Shown piece by piece: positions 22,150 to 35,848 of a stretch of DNA of 64,000 nt (positions are counted from its first letter, which is position 1; the number at the start of each line of letters is the position of its first letter). The notes under the pieces are model-generated. The model saw nothing but the letters and a program-made list of their open reading frames with translations. It had not been told where the DNA came from and ran no database searches. Source of the stretch: a bacterium. GTDB taxonomy: Bacteria > DUMJ01. Where the stretch lies: NCBI GenBank assembly GCA_049969715.1, contig JBMFOH010000001.1:72958-136957 (forward strand), read 5' to 3'. A program made the translations under genes and the position numbers.

Positions 22150-23091
22150 ATGAATGATATTTCTGTTATTACTGTATCGAGAGAGTTCGGAAGTCAGGGT
22201 GAAATGATCTCTGAAGAGCTTGCAAAGAGACTTGGTTTTTTGCTTTTAAATAGGGCTACCATTTCTAAACTCCTTGCCTCGTATGGGATAGAGGAATTTA
22301 CGTTTGATTCTATAGATGAGAACTTCTCAGGCCGATATAGTGAATTGAAAAAGAAGTATATAAGGATAATGCATAATGTCTTATTGGACCTTACTAAAAA
22401 CGAAAGGTTTGTCCTTCTGGGAAGAGGGGGCCAGTTTATATTTCGTAACTTTCCTAGGGCATTTCATCTTAAAATAATAGCTTCTCTAGAGACAAGGGTA
22501 AAAAGGATAATCTTGGAGCATGGTTTGGATAGAGTAGGAGCTCTTCGTCTTATCTCTGAACAAGATTCTAAACGGGACCTGTATCTGAGAAAGGTCTTTA
22601 ATGGGGATTGGAATGACCCCTCTCTCTATGACCTAGTTATAAACACAGATTATTTTGATGTAAAAGGAGCAGTAGACCTGGCAATAGAGGCTATGAAGGT
22701 CATAAGATTGAAAGATGTGAGATATGAAAGTGAAGTCTCCAAGTATGAGGCTCCTAAGGATGCTGTTGGATATGTACCTAGATTTGCCCATCCATCAGAG
22801 GAAGAATTTGCAAAATTACTAGATTTTTACCAGATTAAATGGCTCTATGAGCCAAAATCATTTCCTTTGGAGTGGGATAGTGAGGGAAGAATGAAGGAGG
22901 CTTTTACTCCTGATTTTTATCTACCTGACTTTGACCTATACATAGAACTTACAACCCAGAGGCAGAAACTTGTTACATATAAGAATAAAAAGATTAGAAG
23001 GCTTAGAGAGCTTTATCCCGGTATAAATATAAAGATACTTTATAGTAGGGATTACAAGAATCTACTTAAAAGATTTGGAGTAATTGAGTGA
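22150..23091 (+). CDS. cytidylate kinase-like family protein fused to a ~110-aa C-terminal domain of unknown function
   Basis: The N-terminal ~200 aa resemble the cytidylate-kinase-like family (ITVSREFGSQGE...). The C-terminal block FAHPSEEEFAKLLDFYQIKWLYEP...FTPDFYLPDFDLYIELT is unassigned. Confidence 0.5.
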   Translation: MNDISVITVSREFGSQGEMISEELAKRLGFLLLNRATISKLLASYGIEEFTFDSIDENFSGRYSELKKKYIRIMHNVLLDLTKNERFVLLGRGGQFIFRNFPRAFHLKIIASLETRVKRIILEHGLDRVGALRLISEQDSKRDLYLRKVFNGDWNDPSLYDLVINTDYFDVKGAVDLAIEAMKVIRLKDVRYESEVSKYEAPKDAVGYVPRFAHPSEEEFAKLLDFYQIKWLYEPKSFPLEWDSEGRMKEAFTPDFYLPDFDLYIELTTQRQKLVTYKNKKIRRLRELYPGINIKILYSRDYKNLLKRFGVIE

Positions 23092-23594
23092 AGGAGATAC
23101 TTATAGACGAAGAACACATAAAGGAGAGGGTAAGAGAGCTTGGTTTTGAGATATCTAGGGACTATGATGGAAAGGAAGTGGTAATCATATGTGTTCTTAA
23201 GGGGGCAGCTTACTTTGCAGTAGACCTTACAAGAGAACTTTCTATTCCATTTATCTTGGATTTTATATCTATATCTAGCTATGGAAATAGCCCCTCTGGA
23301 GTAGTACGGATAACGAAGGATTTAGATATAAATATATTAGAAAGGTATGTCCTCTTGGTAGAGGATATAGTCGATACTGGATTAACCTTGAGCTATCTTT
23401 TGAGAAGTTTAAGGGCTCGTAATCCAGAAGACCTTAAGGTATGTACATTTCTAGACTGCCCCTCTAGACGTATAGTAGAGGTCCCTATAGATTATAAGGG
23501 ATTTGAAATACCTAATGTATTTGTGGTAGGGTATGGCTTAGATTATAGAGAAAGATTTAGGTCCCTTCCATACGTTGCAGTATTTGAAAGATAA
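23088..23594 (+). CDS. hpt: hypoxanthine phosphoribosyltransferase
   Basis: 168 aa with a PRTase motif (LLVEDIVDTGLTLSYL) and HPRT-like flanks. Probable GTG start overlapping the previous stop. Confidence 0.8.
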   Translation: MKEILIDEEHIKERVRELGFEISRDYDGKEVVIICVLKGAAYFAVDLTRELSIPFILDFISISSYGNSPSGVVRITKDLDINILERYVLLVEDIVDTGLTLSYLLRSLRARNPEDLKVCTFLDCPSRRIVEVPIDYKGFEIPNVFVVGYGLDYRERFRSLPYVAVFER

Positions 23595-23665
23595 TAACTC
23601 TCTTGAAATATTCCTATCTACTGTGATACTATTATATTAGAAAATATTAAGGATGGTGATGTGCG

Positions 23666-24205
23666 ATGTGGGTAATCTTGATTCTTATAGCACTTGCCCT
23701 TTATGTTATTTATCTATATAACCATCTCATTACCCTGAGAAATCGAGTAGATAATGCTTGGGCTCAGATTGATATACAACTTAAAAGGAGATACGACTTA
23801 ATACCAAACCTAGTAGAGACAGTTAAAGCCTATGCTGCTCATGAGAAGGAGATTTTTGAGAAGATAACGGAGTTGAGGTATAGAGCTATGAGTGCAAAGG
23901 GGGTGTCAGACGCTTCTCAGGCAAATAATGAACTTACCCAGGCGTTAAGGACCTTATTTGCTTTAGCTGAAGCCTATCCAGAATTGAAGGCAAATCAAAA
24001 TTTTCTAAGTCTTCAGGAAGAACTTACAAATACAGAGAATAAGATTGCCTTCTCTCGTCAATTCTATAATGATGTAGTCCTAGAGTTTAATAGGGCTATA
24101 GAAGTGTTTCCTACCAACATTATAGCCAGGTGGATGAATCTTACCCCTAAGGTTTACTATCAAGTCCCTGAAGAGGAGCGTGGACCTATAAAGGTGCAGT
24201 TTTAG
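23666..24205 (+). CDS. lemA: LemA family membrane protein
   Basis: N-terminal TM helix followed by the conserved LemA core. Confidence 0.8.
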   Translation: MWVILILIALALYVIYLYNHLITLRNRVDNAWAQIDIQLKRRYDLIPNLVETVKAYAAHEKEIFEKITELRYRAMSAKGVSDASQANNELTQALRTLFALAEAYPELKANQNFLSLQEELTNTENKIAFSRQFYNDVVLEFNRAIEVFPTNIIARWMNLTPKVYYQVPEEERGPIKVQF

Positions 24206-24218
24206 GAGGTGAAAGGTT

Positions 24219-25108
24219 TTGGCAAATACCTTATATGACCTTATAAGTGCAAATAGAAGAAAGACTTGGCTATTTATTATAGTATTTAGCCTTCTTTTGG
24301 GGCTTGTGGGTTATGTTATTGTGAATCTATTCGATTGGGGAACTGTTGGTTATATCTTTTGGGCTATATTTATCATCTTCTACAATCTCATCACCTATTA
24401 CTATAGTGATAAGATTGCTTTAGCCTCTAGTGGAGCTAAGCCTGCAGATCCCAATGAATTTAAAGTCCTACACAATGTCGTAGAAGAAGTGGCGATAGCA
24501 GCAGGGATTCCTAAGCCAAAGGTCTATGTAATTAATGACCCTGCCCCTAATGCATTTGCTACAGGAAGAAGCCCAAATAATGCTTCTATTGCAGTAACTA
24601 CAGGGATGTTGCTTTTGGCGGATAGGCATGAACTCCAAGGAGTTATAGCTCACGAGATGTCTCACATTAGAAACTATGACATACTTCTTATGACTATAGC
24701 AGCAGTGATGGGTGGTCTCATTATACTTTTGAGAGACTTCTTTTTCTTCTTTAGACCTGGTAGGAGAGACAGTGATAGAGATAATATTGGGCTACTCTAT
24801 ATTATTGGAATCATCCTGGCTATCATCTCTCCCATCCTTGTAGCACTAATAAGGGCTGCTATATCAAGACAGAGAGAGTATTTAGCTGATGCCTCTGGAG
24901 CAATGATTATAAGAGATCCAGAAGCTTTGGCTAGTGCGCTAGAAAAGTTGCTTCATTTTCAGAAGAATATGACCAATGCTAGTGATGCTACTGCACACCT
25001 GTTTATTGCCAACCCATTCGGTCAAGATAAAGCTTCAGTCACAAGTCTATTTGCTACCCATCCTCCACTAGAAGATAGAATAAGGAGACTGAGAAGTCTC
25101 ATTGTATA

Positions 25109-25109
<1 letters not shown>
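24219..25109 (+). CDS. htpX: M48 family zinc metalloprotease (HtpX-like)
   Basis: HEMSH zinc motif, an NAFATG segment and multiple TM helices. Confidence 0.75.
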
Positions 25110-28927
<3,818 letters not shown>

Positions 28928-30703
28928 TTATCCTTCTACAAACTCTTCCCTTTCTACTCCAAATTCATATAGGGTTTTATAGAGACCATTTTTCTTTATA
29001 AGCTCGTTGTGTGAACCTCTCTCTACTATTTCTCCATTTTCTATAACCAAGATATAATCTGCCTCTTTTACAAAACCTAATCTATGAGAGATGATAAATG
29101 TAGTCCTTCCCTTCATAAGCTTCTTTATGGCGTCTTTTATCGCTACCTCTGACTCTGAATCAAGCCCTGAAGTTGCCTCATCTAATATGAGAATCCTTGG
29201 GTTATGTAAGAATGCCCTTGCTATTGCAATGCGTTGCTTCTGACCTCCAGAAAGATTTATACCGGCTTCATCTCCAATTACTGTGTCATAGCCGTTTGGA
29301 AGGTTCATAATGAATTCATGGGCATTGGCAAGTTTGGCTGCCTCTATTACCTCTTCCCTACTGGCATAAGGGGTTCCATAGCGTATATTTTCTAGGATGG
29401 AGCTAGAGAAAAGTACAGTCTCCTGGGGTACTATACTCATCTGCCTTCTAAGGCTCTGAATCTGCAGATTCCTTATATCTATTTTATCTATCAATATTAC
29501 CCCTTCCTGAGGATCGTAGAATCTCATAAGGAGATTTACTATGGTAGTTTTTCCTGCCCCACTTCTTCCAACAAGAGCTATTACTTCTCCTGGAGAGACT
29601 AAGAAAGACACATTCCTAATGATGGGTCTCTCTTTTTCATATCCAAATGTTACATTTTTAAACTCGATCTCTCCGTTTAGCCTCAATATAGAAATGGCAT
29701 TTGGAAGTTCCTTTATACTGGGCTCGGTTTCAAATAATTCAAAGACCCTTCCTATTGCTCCTGCACTCTGACTTAAATTATTAAAACTTCTTGAGATTGA
29801 ATATATAGGGTCTGTAAGCATTAATAGTGCAGTGAAGAATGCCATAAGGTCTCCTGATGTCATATTTCTGTTTAACACCTGAACCCCTCCAAACCAGAGG
29901 ACAGCTAAGAGTCCAATCGTTTGGAGTAGGGTTACTATTGGCGTTTGAGTTGCCACTATCTTGGCACTCTTTAGTGATATCTCTAGGTTCTCTTTACTTA
30001 CCTCTTGGAATTTGTAGATCTCTGTCTCTTCCATTCCAAAAGACTTTATAAGATGCATTCCTCTTATTTTCTCCTCTATGAGCTTTACTACCTCGGCAAA
30101 CCTCTGTTGAACTTGTCTTGTAACTCTTATCATCTGTTGGCCAAAGTATGAGACTATGGAAGCTATAAATGGAAGGATGGCTAAGGTAAAGATCGTAAGC
30201 CTCCAATTGAGATAAACCATATATCCTAAGGCTCCAATAATAGTAAGTCCCCCTAGTGGTATATCTATCAGGACTGCATTGATCGCTTGAGGGATCAAGG
30301 TGATATCATTAGAGAGACGTGAAACTATCTCTCCTGTATGCCATCTCTCATAAAATTCCATAGAGAGCTTTTGTAGGTGTGAATATACTTTTACCCTTAG
30401 GTCATTCATCAATCGCTGTGTTATTACTGACTGGGTATAAATCTGGAGGTATTGTAGTATACCCTGGACTATGGTTACGCCTATTATTACAAAGATTATC
30501 GTGTGGAGGTTCAACATCGCTTGATTATAATCTGACTTTGCATTAAAGACATTATCAAATAGAAATTTTAGTATAGGGGAGAAGATTAATCTTGAAGGGG
30601 CAAGTAGGAGGGTAAGAAGAAAAAGTTCAAATACTAATAGCTTATAAGGCTTTATATAGAGAAATAATTCCTTATAAACCCTTGAAATATTACCTTTCAT
30701 CAC
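28928..30703 (-). CDS. ABC transporter permease/ATP-binding protein (fused exporter, MsbA-like)
   Basis: 6-TM domain followed by an NBD with Walker A (GRSGAGKTT), signature (LSGGQKQR) and Walker B (ILILDEATS). Confidence 0.85.
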   Translation of the reverse strand: MMKGNISRVYKELFLYIKPYKLLVFELFLLTLLLAPSRLIFSPILKFLFDNVFNAKSDYNQAMLNLHTIIFVIIGVTIVQGILQYLQIYTQSVITQRLMNDLRVKVYSHLQKLSMEFYERWHTGEIVSRLSNDITLIPQAINAVLIDIPLGGLTIIGALGYMVYLNWRLTIFTLAILPFIASIVSYFGQQMIRVTRQVQQRFAEVVKLIEEKIRGMHLIKSFGMEETEIYKFQEVSKENLEISLKSAKIVATQTPIVTLLQTIGLLAVLWFGGVQVLNRNMTSGDLMAFFTALLMLTDPIYSISRSFNNLSQSAGAIGRVFELFETEPSIKELPNAISILRLNGEIEFKNVTFGYEKERPIIRNVSFLVSPGEVIALVGRSGAGKTTIVNLLMRFYDPQEGVILIDKIDIRNLQIQSLRRQMSIVPQETVLFSSSILENIRYGTPYASREEVIEAAKLANAHEFIMNLPNGYDTVIGDEAGINLSGGQKQRIAIARAFLHNPRILILDEATSGLDSESEVAIKDAIKKLMKGRTTFIISHRLGFVKEADYILVIENGEIVERGSHNELIKKNGLYKTLYEFGVEREEFVEG

Positions 30704-31382
30704 TCACCTCTTTACATAAAGAATATAAAGGACATCCATTATGAATAGGCATCTTCTTGCAGTTTCTCTTTCCTAGTTCTACTAAAAGAGCGTGGAATTC
30801 ATTGTAAATGGAAACCTTCCTAGGAAGATTCTCCATTACAATATGCTGTATCTTCTCATAAGGCTCATCCCCTTTTATTATCCCTAATCTTGAAAATATA
30901 CGTCTAGTGTAACTGTCAACTACAAATATTGGATAGTTTCCTGCATAGAGGAGTATAGAGTCTGCTGTCTCTAGCCCTATCCCTTTTATCCTTAATAGTT
31001 CCCCTCTGAGATTTTCCATGGGAAGTTTAAGAAACTCATCTAAAGAATTATATTCCTTTATTCTTTCCATCATGTTTATAAGACGAGCCACCTTTATATT
31101 ATAATACCCAGCTGGTTTTATAAGTTCCTTCACAACATCTCTATTTTCTAATATCCCTTCTACTGAGAGCATACCTTTAGTTTTAAGATTATAGATGGCC
31201 TTTTCTACATTCTTCCAATTAGTATTTTGAGTTAAGATTGCTCCAATAATTATTTCTAAAGGTGTTTCTCCAGGCCACCAATGTTGTGGACCAAATGTGT
31301 CATATAAGACAGTAAATACCTTATAGAGAAGTGTATCTAGAGATAAATTCCTTGAATCTCTCAAACATCTTACAGTTTTCAT
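30690..31382 (-). CDS. HhH-GPD superfamily DNA glycosylase (endonuclease III-like)
   Basis: 230 aa with an HhH-GPD core (ILTQNTNW ... GIG.ETAD) and a C-terminal Cys cluster (C-x8-C-x5-C). Confidence 0.65.
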   Translation of the reverse strand: MKTVRCLRDSRNLSLDTLLYKVFTVLYDTFGPQHWWPGETPLEIIIGAILTQNTNWKNVEKAIYNLKTKGMLSVEGILENRDVVKELIKPAGYYNIKVARLINMMERIKEYNSLDEFLKLPMENLRGELLRIKGIGLETADSILLYAGNYPIFVVDSYTRRIFSRLGIIKGDEPYEKIQHIVMENLPRKVSIYNEFHALLVELGKRNCKKMPIHNGCPLYSLCKEVSDER

Positions 31383-31502
31383 CTATACTACATTTTATTC
31401 CTTTATCTTGGCTTAATATCTTATCCTTCATTATGCAATCTCCACTATAATCTTTAGAGAACATTATAATTCTATCACATCTCACTTTATATCCAACTAT
31501 CC

Positions 31503-32537
31503 TCATCTAGTTATAGTCACCTTCTTTATATACCTAGGATGGTCAGGATTGTAACCTTTTTCTAAGGCTAAATGGTTAGCGATTATCTGAAAAGAAGGGG
31601 CAAATACTATAGGGCTGATAATCTCTTCTACCTTACTTGGAACGATAAAGTTGATTTTTGCTCTTTCTATCCTTTCAAAACTAAAAGCGAATATCTCGGT
31701 ATGTTTTTCTGACAATATATCTATGATCTCTAATAGATGACTATATGTAGGACCTGAAGGAATGAAAATAAATATGGGGAGATCTGATTTAGCAAGAGCA
31801 AGAGGCCCATGAAGGAAATCTGCTGAACTGAATGATTCTGAGAATATGTATGATGTTTCTTTTAACTTTAGTGAAAATTCCATAGCAGTGGGGTAGTTAA
31901 ATCCTCTGCCAATAATGATACATCTGTCCATAAAGTGATACCGAGTCACATCTATCCTTGATGCTTCAGAGATCACCCCTTCTATATACCTAGGCACTTC
32001 ATAGAGTGACATTAATAGGTCTTTTCTATCTCCTAAGATCGCTGTAAATAGATAGAGGTTAAAGACTTCTGCCAAGTAGGTCTTTGTAGCTGCTACACTT
32101 TTTTCCTCTCCTGCCCAGCAAGGGAGGACCTCATCAGCTGATTGTGCTACAGGACTTTCTATATCGTTAGTTATAGCTATGCAGAATGCACCTTGTTTTT
32201 TGCCCTCTGACATTACCTCTCTTACATCCTCTCCTTTTCCTGATTGGGAGACACCTATCACCAATGACTCGTTTAATATTGGCGGGGTATTGTATATAGT
32301 AAAAAGAGATGGAGCAGAAAGGGCTGTGGGAAATCTCAGAATAGACTCTATCAGATATTTCCCGATAGTACTGGCATTATCGGAGGTTCCTCTTGCCGAT
32401 ATATAAACGCTACTTATCTTTCTAGATTTTACATATTCCTTGATCCTTTCGATAATGGTAATATTGCTTCCTAATATTCTCTCTATCACTTCTGGCTCTT
32501 CGTAGATTTCGCTCTCCATAAATGTTTTATGATTCAA
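31503..32537 (-). CDS. double SIS-domain sugar-phosphate isomerase/deaminase-like protein (AgaS/GlmS-C-like)
   Basis: 344 aa with two SIS domains (VYISARGTSDNA ... GVSQSG). Confidence 0.65.
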   Translation of the reverse strand: MNHKTFMESEIYEEPEVIERILGSNITIIERIKEYVKSRKISSVYISARGTSDNASTIGKYLIESILRFPTALSAPSLFTIYNTPPILNESLVIGVSQSGKGEDVREVMSEGKKQGAFCIAITNDIESPVAQSADEVLPCWAGEEKSVAATKTYLAEVFNLYLFTAILGDRKDLLMSLYEVPRYIEGVISEASRIDVTRYHFMDRCIIIGRGFNYPTAMEFSLKLKETSYIFSESFSSADFLHGPLALAKSDLPIFIFIPSGPTYSHLLEIIDILSEKHTEIFAFSFERIERAKINFIVPSKVEEIISPIVFAPSFQIIANHLALEKGYNPDHPRYIKKVTITR

Positions 32538-32588
32538 TTAGACTTCACCCCTTATTAAGTTTTCTACTTTATTTTATCATAAGTTGTA

Positions 32589-32597
32589 TGCTATAAT
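32589..32597 (+). promoter_or_regulatory. extended -10 promoter element (TGcTATAAT)
   Basis: TGCTATAAT sits 34 nt upstream of the ATG at 32631. A GGGAGG RBS follows. Confidence 0.35.
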
Positions 32598-32630
32598 AAA
32601 GCAAAATAAATAGAAGAGGGAGGCTTTACA

Positions 32631-33167
32631 ATGTATCTAAAGAAGACAGTAGTTTTAGTGGCAGTAGTGTTTTTCCTTTTTGCTAGTATAGGACTCGCTT
32701 TAGCGCAGGAGACTCTGCCAGAGCTATCTAAAAGTTATACTAACGCAGAAGAAGGTTTTAGTATCTCTTATCCAGAAGGATGGGAAGAGGGAGAACCTGG
32801 TAACTCTTTAGCATGGATTCACGATGGGGAAGGTTCAGAGTTAGTAATATTAAAGGATAAGTTAGATTCTGGGATGGACCTTGCAGGTTATGTCGATGCT
32901 ATAGATAAATGGGCAAAGGAAAATCTTCTAGATTATAGTCAGGAGTCTCTAGAAAATTATACCTTGAGTAATGAGCCAAGTATGCTAAGGGTTTATACCT
33001 TCACCTACAAGGGAGAGAATGGGGATATTCCTATCAAAGCAATCGAAGCCTATCTCGTGAAGGAGGGTTATGGCTATACAGTAATATGTGATGCAGAGAC
33101 TTCTACTTATCCTTCAGAGGAGGCTCTTTTTAGAGAGATAATCGGTAGTTTTCATTTTACCAAATAG
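32631..33167 (+). CDS. secreted hypothetical protein (possible PsbP/DUF1795-like fold)
   Basis: Signal peptide [25 protein letters not shown]. No catalytic motif recognised. Confidence 0.5.
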   Translation: MYLKKTVVLVAVVFFLFASIGLALAQETLPELSKSYTNAEEGFSISYPEGWEEGEPGNSLAWIHDGEGSELVILKDKLDSGMDLAGYVDAIDKWAKENLLDYSQESLENYTLSNEPSMLRVYTFTYKGENGDIPIKAIEAYLVKEGYGYTVICDAETSTYPSEEALFREIIGSFHFTK

Positions 33168-33189
33168 TAAAACAAGGAGGTTTGATTTA

Positions 33190-34161
33190 ATGGCTTTCTA
33201 TGACCTACCGCTAGAAGATTTAGAAAGATATCTTCCAGAAAGGTATGAGGAGAAGGATTTTGATAACTTTTGGGAAGCTACAATCTCTGAATCTCAGAGA
33301 TATCCTTTAGACCCTGTCTTTGAAAAGGTGGACTACTATCTGAAAAATGTCGATGTATTTGATGTGACATTTAGTGGATATATGGGACAACGGATAAAGG
33401 GTTGGCTTTTACTTCCTAAATTTAGAACAGGTAAATTACCCTGTATAGTAGAGTTTATAGGATATGGGGGAGGAAGAGGGTTCCCTTTTGATTGGCTCAT
33501 CTGGAGTAGTGCTGGATATGCACATCTAATTATGGATACTAGGGGGCAGGGTACATCCTGGATGAGAGGGGATACCCCTGATTATGAAACTGAGCCGTCT
33601 AATCCTCATGCACCTGGATTTATGACTAAAGGTATTCTTGACCCTAAGACATATTATTATAGAAGGGTATTTACTGACGCAGTAAGGGCGGTAGAGACTG
33701 CAGCGTCATTTCCTGAGGTTGATCCTAGTAGAATAGCGGTAACTGGCGGTAGTCAGGGTGGAGGAATCTCCCTTGCTGTAAGTGGGCTGTCCCCAACGGT
33801 AAGTGCACTTATGACAGATGTTCCATTCTTATGTCACTATAGAAGGGCGACAGAGATAACAGACACCAATCCTTATGGAGAGATTAGCCTTTACTGTAAG
33901 ACGCATCGTGATAAGGTTGAAACTGTGTTTCGTACCCTTTCTTATTTTGATGGGGTAAATTTTGCTGTCAGGGCAAAATGTCCTGCCATATTTTCTGTAG
34001 GACTAATGGATACTATCTGTCCTCCTTCGACCGTTTTTGCTGCCTATAACTATTACAAGGGAGAAAAAGAGATAAGGATATATAGATACAATAATCATGA
34101 AGGAGGAGGGAATTATCATACCTTAGAGAAATTGAAATTCATCAGCAAGCTTTGGGGGTAA
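33190..34161 (+). CDS. axe: acetyl xylan esterase / cephalosporin-C deacetylase, CE7 family
   Basis: CE7 signatures RGQG, GGSQGG (nucleophile Ser) and the HE catalytic region. Confidence 0.85.
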   Translation: MAFYDLPLEDLERYLPERYEEKDFDNFWEATISESQRYPLDPVFEKVDYYLKNVDVFDVTFSGYMGQRIKGWLLLPKFRTGKLPCIVEFIGYGGGRGFPFDWLIWSSAGYAHLIMDTRGQGTSWMRGDTPDYETEPSNPHAPGFMTKGILDPKTYYYRRVFTDAVRAVETAASFPEVDPSRIAVTGGSQGGGISLAVSGLSPTVSALMTDVPFLCHYRRATEITDTNPYGEISLYCKTHRDKVETVFRTLSYFDGVNFAVRAKCPAIFSVGLMDTICPPSTVFAAYNYYKGEKEIRIYRYNNHEGGGNYHTLEKLKFISKLWG

Positions 34162-34193
34162 TTATATTCCTAGTAGAGATTATTTTTTAATAG

Positions 34194-34226
34194 TTTTTTG
34201 GGCTCGATACATCGAGCCCTTTATAT
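34194..34226. terminator. bidirectional intrinsic terminator between convergent genes
   Basis: TTTTTT-GGGCTCGA-TACA-TCGAGCCC-TTTATATTTTT. An 8-bp GC-rich stem with T/A runs on both sides. Confidence 0.7.
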
Positions 34227-34228
34227 TT

Positions 34229-34870
34229 TTAGAATTGAGCAGAATAGCTACCACCTATAACGAATGCATTCCCAATAAAACCTATATCAATCTTGACTGG
34301 TTTTATATAGGTAATTCTTAAGCCTCCATTAAAGTGACGGCTGTATTCAAATATAACCTCTCCTAGTTTTGGAACATTCAGGTTTAAACCGAGGAATGGT
34401 CCTTCATAGATTCCAGTTCCAAGTCCTATATTAAATTTTAGGTCATCTTTTTCTCCGATGGTCTTAGTAGTAACTACATAGAATGACTGTTTATACTGAT
34501 CAATGATATCAGTAATCCCCACTGCTATAGCTGGTATCTCTCCTTTTTCTTTTATAAGCTGTATCTTACCATTTACAAGTATATAAGTATCTGGACCTAT
34601 AGTGGTAGGTGTTACTCCTAGTTCTACTCCATAACTGGCACCTACACTCATTGGGATACGAAAGATAGTCCCTCCATCTGTCTTTACATTTGCTCCAATG
34701 CTAAATGCTCCCGGACTTAATACCTCAGCAGTGGGAGTCTCTATAAGTCCCGTTGGTCCCCATACACTCTGAGTAGCGTAGGCTAAGGAACCGCCTAATA
34801 ACGTAGTAACTACAACTACTATAGAGAGAAGTAAAAATTTACGCAATTGTCTCATCCTCCTTCTTAACAA
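34229..34870 (-). CDS. secreted beta-rich protein, possible outer-membrane beta-barrel (C-terminal Phe)
   Basis: Signal peptide, alternating hydrophobic beta-strand pattern, ends ...GGSYSAQF. Confidence 0.45.
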   Translation of the reverse strand: MLRRRMRQLRKFLLLSIVVVVTTLLGGSLAYATQSVWGPTGLIETPTAEVLSPGAFSIGANVKTDGGTIFRIPMSVGASYGVELGVTPTTIGPDTYILVNGKIQLIKEKGEIPAIAVGITDIIDQYKQSFYVVTTKTIGEKDDLKFNIGLGTGIYEGPFLGLNLNVPKLGEVIFEYSRHFNGGLRITYIKPVKIDIGFIGNAFVIGGSYSAQF

Positions 34871-34947
34871 GTTTTTATTTTATATATTATATAATATGAT
34901 ACAACAGTATCTGGAGTTCGAATCCTGTGGTATAATGTTACTCTACT

Positions 34948-35838
34948 ATGAGGATTGACTACAAAGGGACTATTTTAGCTATAATTGAAACTCTTAGACC
35001 GAAACAGTGGATCAAAAACTTTTTGGTCTTTGCTGGAATAATATTTTCTAAGAACCTATTTAATGTATCCATGCTCTTAGATGTAATATTAACCTTCTTT
35101 ATCTTCTGCCTTTCTTCTGGCATTATCTACACAATAAATGATATGGTTGATGTTGAAAAGGACAAATCGAATCCTTTAAAGGCTACTAGGCCTATAGCAT
35201 CTGGAAGACTTAAGATTAAAGATGCAAAGATAGTAGTAGCTATTTTACTTCCTATCTGCTTAGCCATCTCTTATTCTATGGATGTAAGGTTCTTTCTAGT
35301 AGTTGTATTGTATATAGCCCTTCAGATATTCTATTCCTTCTATCTTAAGAATATTCCTATTTTAGATATATTCTCAATATCCTTAGGTTCTCTATTAAGA
35401 GTAGTAGGAGGGGTGGTAGTTATAGGTGTGGACATCTCTTCTTGGTTATTTATATGTACTATCCTTCTTGCCTTACTTTTGACTATAAGTAAGCGTAGAT
35501 ATGAACTTATAGCACTAGACCAAGAGGCAAAGAATCATAGAATGGTTCTAGCAGAGTACAGTCCGCACCTCTTAGACCAGATGCTCTCTATAGTCACTAC
35601 CTCTCTCCTTGTTACATATATTATGTATACAATTTCAGAGGAAACTATAACAAGATTCGGGACTAAGAGCCTTGTCTTTACAACCCCTTTTGTCCTCTAT
35701 GGGATATTTAGGTATCTTTATCTAATGTACCAGAAAGACTTTGGAGGGAGCCCTGAAAGTGCTATAATCTTTGATAGACCATTGATGATAAATGTTGCCT
35801 TATGGATTATAATAATATTGATATTGATTTATTTATAA
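34948..35838 (+). CDS. UbiA-family prenyltransferase, decaprenyl-phosphate phosphoribosyltransferase (DPPR synthase)-like
   Basis: 296 aa, about 8 TM helices. Carries LRPKQWIKN, the Asp-rich motif TINDMVDVEKDKSNPLK.RPIASG and a second D-rich region. Confidence 0.7.
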   Translation: MRIDYKGTILAIIETLRPKQWIKNFLVFAGIIFSKNLFNVSMLLDVILTFFIFCLSSGIIYTINDMVDVEKDKSNPLKATRPIASGRLKIKDAKIVVAILLPICLAISYSMDVRFFLVVVLYIALQIFYSFYLKNIPILDIFSISLGSLLRVVGGVVVIGVDISSWLFICTILLALLLTISKRRYELIALDQEAKNHRMVLAEYSPHLLDQMLSIVTTSLLVTYIMYTISEETITRFGTKSLVFTTPFVLYGIFRYLYLMYQKDFGGSPESAIIFDRPLMINVALWIIIILILIYL

Positions 35839-35848
35839 AAGAGGTAAA

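Noticed and set aside
31321-31506. 61-aa minus-strand ORF between the HhH-GPD and SIS genes
   Set aside because: Short, no RBS or motifs, and it overlaps both flanking genes. Probably non-coding intergenic plus overlap.
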